A stretch of DNA of 64,000 bases from Actinophytocola sp. (GTDB lineage: Bacteria; Actinomycetota; Actinomycetes; Mycobacteriales; Pseudonocardiaceae), in assembly GCA_009377475.1 (NCBI GenBank), contig WHTY01000015.1, forward strand, positions 1,479 through 65,478, written 5' to 3'. The translations under genes were made by a program, and so were the position numbers. Positions within the stretch are counted from its first letter, which is position 1. Each line of letters opens with the position of its first letter. Below, piece after piece: positions 23,193-32,212 of the stretch. The notes under the pieces were generated by a model. The model did not search any database, was not told where the DNA came from, and saw only the letters and a program-made list of their open reading frames with translations.

Positions 23193-24019
23193 GACCGCCG
23201 CCGTTTCGCCACGACGACGTTGATGACCGCCAGCGTGACACCGACCGCGAAGATCAGCGTGCCCATGACGTTGACCTGCGGCGGGATGCCGACGCGAGTG
23301 GCGCCCCAGATCCACAACGGGAAGGTGGTGACATCGCCCGCGACGAACGACGTGATGATGTAGTCGTCGATCGACAGCGCGAACGCCAGCAGCCCGCCCG
23401 CCATGATCGCCGGGAACAGCATCGGCAGCGTGACCAGGCGGAACGTCGTCCACGGCCCGGCACCGAGGTCGCGCGCGGCTTCCTCAAGGTTCGGGTCGAG
23501 GGTGATCACCCTTGCCCGCACGGTGATCGCCACGAACGAGATCGTGAACATCACGTGCGCGAGCAGGATCGCCATGAACCCGGTCGCGATGCCGACCAGC
23601 AGGAACAGCGACAGCAACGCCGCGCCGAGCACGACCTCCGGCGCGCAGATCGCCGCGAACATCACCAGGTTGGTGGTGCCCTGACCGCGGAACCGGTGCC
23701 TACCGAGCGCGAGGCCGAGCAGGCTGCCGATCGTCCCGGCGATCACCATCGTCAGCACGCCGATCGCGAGCGTGTACAGCAGCGCCTGGGTGAGATCGGC
23801 GTGGTCGAACGCCTGCCCGTACCACTTGAGCGTGAAGCCTTCCCAGGTGACGTTGTGCCTGCCCTGGATGTCGTTGAAGCTGAACGCGATCATGAAGGTG
23901 ATCGGCGCGAACAGCCACGCCAGCACGCCCCACGTGAACCACTTGCCCCAGTCGACCCGGCGCCGGGTCCGGCCACGGGCACCGGCAGGAGCGGCGGTGT
24001 CTTCCAGAACAGCGGTCAC
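23189..24019 (-). CDS. ABC transporter permease (PotC-like, polyamine type)
   Basis: The track ORF is trimmed to the GTG at 24019 (GTGA overlap). It has six TM segments and the EAA-loop sequence LEEAARDLGAGPW. Confidence 0.85.
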   Translation of the reverse strand: MTAVLEDTAAPAGARGRTRRRVDWGKWFTWGVLAWLFAPITFMIAFSFNDIQGRHNVTWEGFTLKWYGQAFDHADLTQALLYTLAIGVLTMVIAGTIGSLLGLALGRHRFRGQGTTNLVMFAAICAPEVVLGAALLSLFLLVGIATGFMAILLAHVMFTISFVAITVRARVITLDPNLEEAARDLGAGPWTTFRLVTLPMLFPAIMAGGLLAFALSIDDYIITSFVAGDVTTFPLWIWGATRVGIPPQVNVMGTLIFAVGVTLAVINVVVAKRRRS

Positions 24020-24870
24020 TTCGCCTGCACCTCCATCACGCGTTCGGTACCCAGTGCTCGCGCGTAGCTGAAGATCCCGAGCAGCAACACGGCCATGAGC
24101 ACGAAGGTGATCGCCGCCGCGATCGGATAGTCGTTGTTCACCAGGTACTGCGTCTGGATGATGCTGCCGATCATGGTGTTGCCCGGCCCGCCGAGCACCG
24201 AGGCGTTGACGTAGTCGGCGGTGGTCGGGATGAACGTCATCAGCCCACCGGCGAACACGCCTGGCAGCGAGATCGGCAGCACGACCCGCAGGAACGCCTG
24301 GAGTTTGCTGGCGTAGAGGTCGTGCGCGGCCTCGACGACGCGGTGGTCCATCCGTTCCAGCACCGCGTAGATCGGCAGCACCATGAACGGCAGGAAGTTG
24401 TACGCGAGGCCGAGGACGACCGCAGGCGCGGTGTTGAGCACCCCGAAGTCGGCCGGCAGCAGCCCGAACGACTTGAGCGTGCCGAGCACGACGCCGTTGT
24501 CGCTCAACGTGAACTTCCACGAGATCGTCCGCAGCACGAACGACACGAAGAACGGCAACAGGATCAGCAGCAGGTACGTCGACTTGTGCTTGCCGCCGTG
24601 GAACGCGATCCAGTACGCCGCCGGGTAGCCGATCGCGACGCAGATCACCGTCGCGCCGAGCCCGTAGAGCAGCGAGCGGACCAACTGCTCCGAGTACGTC
24701 GAGATCGCGTCGACGTAGTTGGCGACGTTGAACGTCTGCTCGAAGCCGGTGATCACGTTCCCGCTGGTCAGCGACAGCGAGGCCATCCCGGCCAGCGGCA
24801 CGACGAAGAACAGCGCCAGCCACGCCCAGCCGGGCAGCGCAAGCAGGTACGGGGTGAGTTTGCGTCGCAT
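24016..24870 (-). CDS. ABC transporter permease (PotB-like)
   Basis: 284-aa polytopic protein with the EAA-loop sequence VVEAAHDLYASKLQAF. Confidence 0.85.
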   Translation of the reverse strand: MRRKLTPYLLALPGWAWLALFFVVPLAGMASLSLTSGNVITGFEQTFNVANYVDAISTYSEQLVRSLLYGLGATVICVAIGYPAAYWIAFHGGKHKSTYLLLILLPFFVSFVLRTISWKFTLSDNGVVLGTLKSFGLLPADFGVLNTAPAVVLGLAYNFLPFMVLPIYAVLERMDHRVVEAAHDLYASKLQAFLRVVLPISLPGVFAGGLMTFIPTTADYVNASVLGGPGNTMIGSIIQTQYLVNNDYPIAAAITFVLMAVLLLGIFSYARALGTERVMEVQAK

Positions 24871-24873
24871 GGG

Positions 24874-26088
24874 TCAGGCCTGGGTCACCGCGTGGAACAC
24901 GGACGTGAACGCCTTCTCCTTGCCCGGTTCGAGCGCCACGTAGTTGTGCAGCCGGGAGTAGTCCTCATCGGTCGGGAACACCAGCGGGCTCTCGACAAGG
25001 CGTTCCAGCTGGGCACGGGACTTGCCGGACGCATCATGCGCCTGCTCGCGCAGGATGTCCTGCGCCTTCGGCACCGGCGGGATGTAGGTGATGTACTCGG
25101 TGAGCCCCGCCGCGATGTCCGGCTGGTACAGGAAGTCGATCAGCTTGAGCGAGTCGACAGGGGCCTCGGACGTCGTGGGGATGCACATGACGTCGGTCCA
25201 GATGGTCGCGCCCTCCTCGGGGACGACGAACTTCAGGTCGGTGCCCGCCTCGGCGTTCTGCTGGTAGATGTCGCCGGACCACGCCATGGTGAGCCAGACG
25301 TCGCCGTTGGTCAGCGGCTGCACGAAGTCCTGCGCGTAGTAGGAGCGGACGAGGCCGTCGTCCCGTTGCTGCTGCAGCTTGTCGGCGGCGGCCTGCCAGT
25401 CCTGCTCGGTCGAGTCCGCCGGGTTGACGCCGTTCAGCAACAGGCCGAAGTTGGCGATCTCCTGGGGGTCGGACATCATGCCGACCTTGCCCTTGAACTT
25501 CGGGTCCCACAGGTCGGCGATGCTGGTGATCTCGCGGTCCACGTACTTCGGGTTGTAGGCGATGCCGGTGATCCCGGACGCATACGGCGCGGTGTGTTTG
25601 TTGCCGGGGTCGTAGGAGTTGTCGCGGTATGCCTCACCGATGTTCGCGGCGAAGTTCGGCATCTGCCCGTGGTCCAGCGGCGCGAGGTAGCCCAGCGCGA
25701 GGAAGCGAGCCAGCTCGATGCCGTTGGTCAGCACGAACATGTCGTAGCCGGTGGCGTCGCCGTTGGCGAGCTGCGGCTGGAGCTTGCCCGCGAACGCCGC
25801 GATGTCCTGGACGTCCTCCTTGTAGTTCACCGTGATGCCGGTGGCCTTGGTGAACTGCTTGAGCTGGGTCCGCTTCGAGTCGATGTAGAGCGGCCAGTTC
25901 GCGAAGGTCAGGCTGCCGGTCTCCTTCTTGCCTTGCCAGAAGTCGTCCTCGGCGACGGCCTGCTGCTGCTGACCGGACACGCCGCAGGCGGACAGGCCGA
26001 GGCCAGCGGCGGCCATGGCGGAGAACTTGAGCATCTCGCGGCGGCCGTAGCGGGCCTGGGTCATGCCGCGAAGCAGGGGGTTACGCAC
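24874..26088 (-). CDS. Polyamine-type ABC substrate-binding lipoprotein (PotD/PotF-like)
   Basis: GTG at 26088 with AAGGAGG upstream. It has a twin-arginine-like sequence RREMLKF and the lipobox LSAC. The body resembles spermidine/putrescine-binding proteins. Confidence 0.8.
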   Translation of the reverse strand: MRNPLLRGMTQARYGRREMLKFSAMAAAGLGLSACGVSGQQQQAVAEDDFWQGKKETGSLTFANWPLYIDSKRTQLKQFTKATGITVNYKEDVQDIAAFAGKLQPQLANGDATGYDMFVLTNGIELARFLALGYLAPLDHGQMPNFAANIGEAYRDNSYDPGNKHTAPYASGITGIAYNPKYVDREITSIADLWDPKFKGKVGMMSDPQEIANFGLLLNGVNPADSTEQDWQAAADKLQQQRDDGLVRSYYAQDFVQPLTNGDVWLTMAWSGDIYQQNAEAGTDLKFVVPEEGATIWTDVMCIPTTSEAPVDSLKLIDFLYQPDIAAGLTEYITYIPPVPKAQDILREQAHDASGKSRAQLERLVESPLVFPTDEDYSRLHNYVALEPGKEKAFTSVFHAVTQA

Positions 26089-26119
26089 GGTGGGGCCTCC
26101 TTGCAGGGGTTGGGGCCGT

Positions 26120-27271
26120 CTAGGACGGCAGGAGGTAGGAGTGGGTGGGACGCCAGGACAGCCAGACCTCGCTGCCGCGTCCCGCGATGGCGTCGGCCGC
26201 GCTCAGGTCGCGGTCGTTCTGCTGGAAGACGACGATCTCGGTGTCATCCCCGACGAGCACGGTGTAGTGGGTGGACGAGCCGAGGTAGACGGTGTCGGTG
26301 ACGGTGCCGCGCACCCGGCTCAGGCTGGCGTCCGGCGGCTCGGTGCTGAGCTGGATCTTCTCCGGGCGCACCGTGACGTCCACCGGGGTGCCCTCGCTGC
26401 GCCGTTCGGCGATGCGCACGTGCTGGCCGCAGTCCAGCAGGACGTCGGTGCCCTCGGACGTCGTCGCCGCGGCGGTTCCGGTGAGCAGGTTCGACGTCCC
26501 GATGAACGCCGCGACGAACCGCGTCGCGGGCCGCTCGTAGATCTCGGCGGGCGTGCCGAGCTGTTCGACGTAGCCGCCGTTCATCACGGCGATGCGGTCG
26601 GACATCGTGAGCGCCTCGCCCTGGTCGTGGGTGACGTAGATGAACGTGATGCCGATGTCGCGCTGGATGCGCTTGAGCTCCATCTGCATGGCCTGCCGCA
26701 GCTTGAGGTCGAGTGCGGCCAGCGGCTCGTCCAGCAGCAGCGCGCGGGGCTGGTTGACCAGCGCACGCGCCAGCGCGACCCGCTGTCGTTGTCCGCCGGA
26801 GAGCTGCGACGGCTTCCGCTTCGCCTGGCTGCCCAGCTCGACAAGCTCCAGCATCTCGGCGACGCGGCGGTCGGTCTCCGCCTTGCCGACCCGCTTGCGC
26901 TTGAGTCCGAACGCGACGTTGTCCGCCACGCTCAGGTGCGGAAACAGCGCGTAGCTCTGGAACACCATGTTGACGTCGCGGTGGTTCGGCGCGACGTCGG
27001 TGACGTCCTTGCCGCCCAGCCGCACGACGCCGGTGGTGGGCTCCTCGAACCCGGCGATCATCCGCATGGTCGTCGTCTTGCCGCAGCCGGAAGGGCCGAG
27101 CAGCGAGAAGAATTCGCCCGCCTGGATGTCGAGGTCGAGCCCGCCGACGGCGGTGAAGTTCTCCCTGCCGGACTGGAACGTCTTGGTGACGCCAGCCAGG
27201 CTGATCGCGGGCGCGGCTGCTGTGCTGGGCTCGCTCGCCGTCGGGACGGGCGCCTCGGTTGTTGCTGTCAT
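26120..27271 (-). CDS. ABC transporter ATP-binding protein (PotA-like)
   Basis: The track ORF is trimmed to the ATG at 27271 (GGGAGA upstream). It has Walker A GPSGCGKTT, the signature LSGGQRQR, and Walker B LLLDEP. Confidence 0.9.
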   Translation of the reverse strand: MTATTEAPVPTASEPSTAAAPAISLAGVTKTFQSGRENFTAVGGLDLDIQAGEFFSLLGPSGCGKTTTMRMIAGFEEPTTGVVRLGGKDVTDVAPNHRDVNMVFQSYALFPHLSVADNVAFGLKRKRVGKAETDRRVAEMLELVELGSQAKRKPSQLSGGQRQRVALARALVNQPRALLLDEPLAALDLKLRQAMQMELKRIQRDIGITFIYVTHDQGEALTMSDRIAVMNGGYVEQLGTPAEIYERPATRFVAAFIGTSNLLTGTAAATTSEGTDVLLDCGQHVRIAERRSEGTPVDVTVRPEKIQLSTEPPDASLSRVRGTVTDTVYLGSSTHYTVLVGDDTEIVVFQQNDRDLSAADAIAGRGSEVWLSWRPTHSYLLPS

Positions 27272-27282
27272 GGGGTCTCCCA

Positions 27283-28722
27283 TCAGCCGATGTAGCTCAT
27301 GACGTGCTTGACGCGGGTGTATTCCTCGAAGCTGTAGCCGGACAGGTCCTTGCCGTACCCGGAGTGCTTGAAGCCGCCGTGCGGCATCTCGGCGATGAGC
27401 GGGATGTGGGTGTTGATCCACACACAGCCGAAGTCGAGCCGCCGCGACACGCGCAGCGCCCTGGCGTGGTCGCGCGTCCAGATGCTGGAGGCCAGCCCGT
27501 ATTCGACGGAGTTGGCCCAGGCCACGGCGGTGTCCTCGTCGTCGAAGCGCTGCACGGTGACGACGGGGCCGAAGATCTCGTCGGTGACCAGCTCGTCGCC
27601 CTGCCGCAGCCCGGAGACGACGGTCGGCGCGTAGAAGTAGCCGGTGTCGCCGACGCGCTCGCCCCCGGCGAGGATCTTGGCGTGGTCGGGCGCGCGCTCA
27701 ACGAAGCCGGACACCCTGGCGAGCTGGTCCGGGTTGTTCAGCGGGCCGAAGTCGGCGTCCGGGTTGTCGGGGCCAGCGGTGACGGTCTTCCGCGCCTGTT
27801 CGGCGAGCGCGGCGGCAAGGTCGTCGTGGATGCCGGGCGCGGCGAGCACGCGCGTGGCGGCGGTGCAGTCCTGTCCGGCGTTGAAGTACCCCGCGCCCGC
27901 GATTCCCTCGGCGGCGGCTTCGATGTCGGCGTCGTCGAACACGACGACCGGGGCCTTGCCGCCCAGCTCTAGGTGCAGCCGCTTGAGGTCCTTCGCACCC
28001 GCTTCGGCGATCTGCTTGCCCGCGCGGGTGGAGCCGGTGAGCGAGATCAGCCTCGGCGTCGGGTGGTCCACGATGGCCCTGCCGGTGTCGCGGTCGCCGG
28101 TGACGACGTTGAACACGCCCGCTGGCAGGAACTCGGCCGCGATCTCGGCGAGCAGCAGCGTGGACATCGGCGTGGTGTCCGACGGCTTGAGCACGACGCT
28201 GTTGCCCGCCGCCAGCGCGGGGCCGATCTTCCACGACGCCATCGCCATCGGGTAGTTCCACGGCGTGATCTGGCCGACCGGACCGATCGGCTCGCGCCTG
28301 ACCCACGACGTGTGGTCAGCCATGTACTCGCCGGCGGCCTTGCCTTCCAGGTTGCGCGCCGCGCCCGCGAAGAACCGCAGCGCGTCGAGGACCTGGAAGA
28401 TTTCCTCGTCCTTGGTCAGCTGCGCGGGCTTGCCGCAGTTGGCGACCTCTGCGGCCACCAGTTCGTCGGCGCGGTCCTCGACGGCGTCGGCGAACTTGTT
28501 CAGCGCGATCTGCCGCTCGGCGGGGGTGGTGTCGCGCCAGCCGTTCTCGAAGGCGTCGGACGCGGCGCGGAACGCGGTGTCGACGTCGGTGGCGCTCGAC
28601 AGCGGCGCTTCGGCGATGACGTCGCCGGTGGCCGGGTCGACGATCTCGGACGTCTGGCCGTCGGCGGCGTCGGCGTAGGCGCCGTTGATGAAGTTCTTGA
28701 GCCGGCGAACCTGCGGGGGCAC
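27283..28722 (-). CDS. NAD-dependent aldehyde dehydrogenase (aminobutyraldehyde dehydrogenase-like)
   Basis: 479 aa. GTG start at 28722 with GAGGAG upstream. The ALDH motifs ELGGKAP and FNAGQDCTAATR are present. Confidence 0.9.
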   Translation of the reverse strand: MPPQVRRLKNFINGAYADAADGQTSEIVDPATGDVIAEAPLSSATDVDTAFRAASDAFENGWRDTTPAERQIALNKFADAVEDRADELVAAEVANCGKPAQLTKDEEIFQVLDALRFFAGAARNLEGKAAGEYMADHTSWVRREPIGPVGQITPWNYPMAMASWKIGPALAAGNSVVLKPSDTTPMSTLLLAEIAAEFLPAGVFNVVTGDRDTGRAIVDHPTPRLISLTGSTRAGKQIAEAGAKDLKRLHLELGGKAPVVVFDDADIEAAAEGIAGAGYFNAGQDCTAATRVLAAPGIHDDLAAALAEQARKTVTAGPDNPDADFGPLNNPDQLARVSGFVERAPDHAKILAGGERVGDTGYFYAPTVVSGLRQGDELVTDEIFGPVVTVQRFDDEDTAVAWANSVEYGLASSIWTRDHARALRVSRRLDFGCVWINTHIPLIAEMPHGGFKHSGYGKDLSGYSFEEYTRVKHVMSYIG

Positions 28723-28919
28723 TCAGATCACTCCTCGGCTGTCGTGGTTGTGGGGTGGGTTGTCTGGTGGCTTCTGGTGACCGCTGTGATGCGGGGCACG
28801 TGCCGACGACTCTGGCACACGATACGCGTGATCACAAGTGATTCCGTTGCAAAAACTGTGTCTCGCGACTAATAACGGAGCACTTTGCGGCGTTGTGCCA
28901 CGGTTTGCCGCCGGGACGC
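28723..28919 (-). promoter_or_regulatory. Internal low-GC intergenic region, candidate promoter/operator for the aldehyde dehydrogenase and pot genes
   Basis: This 197-bp gap contains the GTGATCAC palindrome, gtgatcacaagtgattc, and an AT-rich stretch gcaaaaactgtgtctcgcgactaataacgg. No -10/-35 elements could be assigned with confidence. Confidence 0.3.
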
Positions 28920-30458
28920 TCACCTGGCGCGGTGGACCGTGCGGCCGCCGACGACGGTCCGCAGCACCCGTGTCCGCAGCAGCGTGTCGGCGTCGGAATC
29001 GAAGGGATCGTGGTCGAGGACGACGAAATCCGCTAGGAGACCGGCGCGCAGCCGTCCCACGATGTCCTCGGCGCGGCAGGCCCACGCGGAGTCCGCCGTG
29101 CCGTGCAGTAGCGCGTCCGGCGCGGGGATGGCTAGGTGCGGCTGGAGCGCGGGAAGCTCCGGGTCCAGCGCCGACCGGCGGGTGGTGGCGATGTACATGT
29201 TCGGCAGCGGCGGGTGCGGGGCGGTCGGCGCGTCGTCGCCGAGCATCGCCGCCCAGTTCTCCCGGATCGCCGGGTCGGCGTGCACTGGCTGCATGGACGC
29301 GGTGACGCCGAGTTCGGCCAGCCGCGGCACATCGTCCGGGTCGACGTACTCCAGGTGCTCGATCCGGTGCCGTCTGGGTCGTGGGCCGTTGACCGTGGCG
29401 GCTTGTTCCAGCGCGTCCAGCGCCATCCGGACCGCCCCATCGCCGATCGCGTGGAGCGCCACCTGTAGCCCAGCCGCTTCGGCGGCGGTGACGGCGGGCG
29501 CGAGCGCGTCGACGCTCCAGATCGGATCGGCGTTGCTTCCGTCCGCGTACGGCTTGAGCATCGTGGCGGTGCAGCCGTCGATCACGCCGTCCACGATGAA
29601 CTTCACGCCGGTCACACGGAGCCGTTCCGAGCGGTGCTCCCGTGCCAGCTCGGCCGCGCGCTTGATCTGCGGACCGTGGTCGATGCCGGGGTGGATCAGC
29701 CAGTGCCCGACCACGCGCAGGTCGAGTCGTCCGTCCCGCTCGGCGCGCACCAGTGCGGCCAGGTTGCACTCATCGAGTGCCATGTCGACGGCGGTCGTGA
29801 CGCCGGACGACAGGTACGCATGCGTGGCCGGGTCCAGCGCACGGTCGCGGTCGTCGTCGCTGCTCGCCTCGGCGAGGAACGACCACACGATGTTGATCGC
29901 GGCGGTTTCCTCCAGGTGACCGGTCGGCTCGCCGTCCGCATCCCGCACGATCCGGCCGCCCGCCGGATCCGGGGTGTCGCGGGTGATGCCCAGCTCGGCC
30001 AGCGCGGCGGTGTTGACCCACACCGAGTGGTAGTCGTTCGCATCGAGGTACACCGGCCGGTCGGGGACGACGGCGTCCAGCATCGCGCGGGTCGGCGTGC
30101 CGTGCGGGACCGCGTTGAACAGCCAGCCCTTGCCGAGCACGCGCGGCGCGTCGGGATTCGCCTCGGCCCACGCGGCGACGCGGCGCTGGATCTCCGCGAC
30201 GTCCGCCGCGTCGGTGAGGTAGGCCTTGAGCTGCGCCTCGCCCGCCATGACGACGTGTGCGTGGCCGTCAACGAAGCCGGGCAGCACGGTGCGTCCCGCC
30301 AGGTCCAGCTCCAGCGCGTCCGCGCCTGCCTCCGCGCGGGCGGTGGCGTTGTCCCCGACGAAGTCGATGCGCTCACCCCGGACGACCATCGCCTCCGCCG
30401 ATGGCTGCTCCGGGTCGCCGGTGAACAGTCGCCCGTTCGAGTACAGCGTCGCCCTCAC
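28920..30458 (-). CDS. Metal-dependent amidohydrolase (amidohydrolase-3 / YtcJ-like)
   Basis: The track ORF is trimmed to the GTG at 30458 (GTGA overlap with the permease stop). The metal-binding motif PGFVDGHAHV is present, and the size (512 aa) is typical. Confidence 0.8.
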   Translation of the reverse strand: MRATLYSNGRLFTGDPEQPSAEAMVVRGERIDFVGDNATARAEAGADALELDLAGRTVLPGFVDGHAHVVMAGEAQLKAYLTDAADVAEIQRRVAAWAEANPDAPRVLGKGWLFNAVPHGTPTRAMLDAVVPDRPVYLDANDYHSVWVNTAALAELGITRDTPDPAGGRIVRDADGEPTGHLEETAAINIVWSFLAEASSDDDRDRALDPATHAYLSSGVTTAVDMALDECNLAALVRAERDGRLDLRVVGHWLIHPGIDHGPQIKRAAELAREHRSERLRVTGVKFIVDGVIDGCTATMLKPYADGSNADPIWSVDALAPAVTAAEAAGLQVALHAIGDGAVRMALDALEQAATVNGPRPRRHRIEHLEYVDPDDVPRLAELGVTASMQPVHADPAIRENWAAMLGDDAPTAPHPPLPNMYIATTRRSALDPELPALQPHLAIPAPDALLHGTADSAWACRAEDIVGRLRAGLLADFVVLDHDPFDSDADTLLRTRVLRTVVGGRTVHRAR

Positions 30459-31924
30459 CCGACCGCCTCCTCGACCGGCGCACGGTCCGGCGCGGTGGCC
30501 GGCTCGCGGTAGCCGCCCTTGCCCGCCGGACGGACCCACGCCACGGTGAGTACGGCGTGCACCACCGCCGTCACCAGAAAGGCGGGCAGCGATGCCGACG
30601 TGTAGGTGAACATCGCCGCCGACTCGAACGTGATGGGGTCGAGCAGCAGCACGTAGGTCACCGACCCGGCCGCCACCGCGAGGATCGCCGCTGGGTTGAG
30701 CCCCCACCAGAACGAGTACCGCGACGTCCCCTCCGGTTCGTACAGTTCCCGCACGATGATCTTGCCGCGCCGCAGCAGGAAGAAGTCGGTCAGGTAGACG
30801 GCGGTCAGCGGCGCCATCGCCATGCCGACCCAGGCGACGAACTTGAAGAAGTTGTCGTAGAACGTCGCTGGCCAGAACACCGCGATCGCGGGCGGCGTGT
30901 ACAGCAGCGCCACGAACACCGGCCACGGAATGCGCCGGATCACCGAGCCGCCCGCGCGGATCAGCCCGAGCCCTCCGGAGTACGTCTGCGCCACGATGCT
31001 GGTGACGTTGGCGAAGGCCACGAACAGCAGCGCGAGGACGCCGAGCACGACGCCGCCGAGCGGCACCATCCACGCGGTCGGGTCGGCGTCGCCGATCAGC
31101 AGCGCGGCGAATGTTCCGACAAGGCCAGCGACCACCGATGCGCCGAACAGACCGATCAGGTTTGGCCAGAACGACACCCGCTGGGTGCGGGTCAGCCGGG
31201 CGAGGTTGCCGGTGATCGGCCACCAGGCGAAGGCGACCGCGAAGCTCAGCTCAAGCGCGATGGCGAAGTCGAGCTTGGGGTCGCCGAACGGCGCAAGTGC
31301 CTCGGCCGACATCAGTTCGGTCCAGGAGTGGTTGGCCATGATCACGCCGAGCATGACCAGCGTCATGACGACGAGCACCGGCGCGACGATCTTGTTGACC
31401 CACTCCAGCGAGACCGGGCCACGGGACAGCACCACCCACGACACCAGCAACACCAGCAGCGACATGCCGATAACGACCGGGCCGTTCGGGTCGAAGCGGG
31501 TGTCGAAGACGGCGTTGAGCACGTTGGTCACCGCGCGGCCGAACATGATCGCCAGGATCGCGTTCCACCCCGCGCCCGACAACGGCACCAGGATCGCGAT
31601 CAATGCCCGGACGCCGTTGCTGCCCAGCACCGACCGCAGCGCGGTGTACTGCTCGATGCCGTACTTCGCCGACGGCAGGCAGGTGCCAATGGCGACAAGC
31701 ACGACGCCGACCAGGTTGCCGATGATCGTGGCGGCGATAGCGGTGGTCACCCCGGCGAACAACGCGACGGTGCCGCCGATCAGGAACGCCCATGTCGCGA
31801 TCGCGAGTCCGACGTTGACCGAGGTGAACTGCCAGAAGCCCCAGATCCGTTCGTGGGGCAGGACCGGCAGTTCGGTGAACTCGCCCGCGGTGGACGTCGT
31901 GACGTCTGCCTCTTGCTTCACCAT
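30455..31924 (-). CDS. NCS1-family (purine-cytosine/allantoin-type) permease
   Basis: The start is taken at the ATG at 31924. The product is 489 aa with about 12 TM helices and an N-terminal region (ERIWGFWQFTSVNVGLAIATW) typical of cytosine/NCS1 permeases. Confidence 0.75.
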   Translation of the reverse strand: MVKQEADVTTSTAGEFTELPVLPHERIWGFWQFTSVNVGLAIATWAFLIGGTVALFAGVTTAIAATIIGNLVGVVLVAIGTCLPSAKYGIEQYTALRSVLGSNGVRALIAILVPLSGAGWNAILAIMFGRAVTNVLNAVFDTRFDPNGPVVIGMSLLVLLVSWVVLSRGPVSLEWVNKIVAPVLVVMTLVMLGVIMANHSWTELMSAEALAPFGDPKLDFAIALELSFAVAFAWWPITGNLARLTRTQRVSFWPNLIGLFGASVVAGLVGTFAALLIGDADPTAWMVPLGGVVLGVLALLFVAFANVTSIVAQTYSGGLGLIRAGGSVIRRIPWPVFVALLYTPPAIAVFWPATFYDNFFKFVAWVGMAMAPLTAVYLTDFFLLRRGKIIVRELYEPEGTSRYSFWWGLNPAAILAVAAGSVTYVLLLDPITFESAAMFTYTSASLPAFLVTAVVHAVLTVAWVRPAGKGGYREPATAPDRAPVEEAVG

Positions 31925-32088
31925 GGGTACCCCCACGCGAGCGAGGCGCCGATCAGCACGACGCAGCCGATGAGCAGCCACAGCCAGTCGGCACGCGGGA
32001 GATCCGCGGTGGCCGGGTCGTGGTGCTCGGGGTCTTCGATGATGGCCAAGCGCCGGTCGAGTTCCCGGCGGAAGTCAGCGGTTTCCAT
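31918..32088 (-). CDS. Candidate 56-aa membrane protein overlapping the NCS1 permease start (below the track length cutoff)
   Basis: ATG at 32088 with AAGGA upstream. The product is METADFRRELDRRLAIIEDPEHHDPATADLPRADWLWLLIGCVVLIGASLAWGYPW. GC3 is about 88% by my count. The gene ends in an ATGGTGA overlap with the permease ATG. Confidence 0.5.
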   Translation of the reverse strand: METADFRRELDRRLAIIEDPEHHDPATADLPRADWLWLLIGCVVLIGASLAWGYPW

Positions 32089-32126
32089 GCGTCAGTCCTT
32101 GGTCGGTGGGTTCAGGGTGGCTCGAT

Positions 32127-32211
32127 GTTGATCAACTACCTGCGCGCTGTGACCACGTTCGTGCCAGATTTGTCCGCTTCGGTGGTCCTACGGCGCGGGG
32201 AGTTGATCAAC
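32127..32211. repeat. 85-bp palindromic element bounded by GTTGATCAAC (copy 1)
   Basis: gttgatcaactacctgcgcgctgtgaccac ... ggtggtcctacggcgcggggagttgatcaac. The left 30 nt are identical to the reverse complement of the right end of the copy at 51580..51664. The element ends 1 nt before the aguB stop codon. Confidence 0.8.
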
Positions 32212-32212
32212 A

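Noticed and set aside
28885-29919. 344-aa plus-strand ORF and other Ser/Ala-rich ORFs opposite the amidohydrolase gene.
   Set aside because: They are antisense to an ORF with a clear amidohydrolase metal-binding motif and have a low-complexity Ser/Ala/Arg composition.
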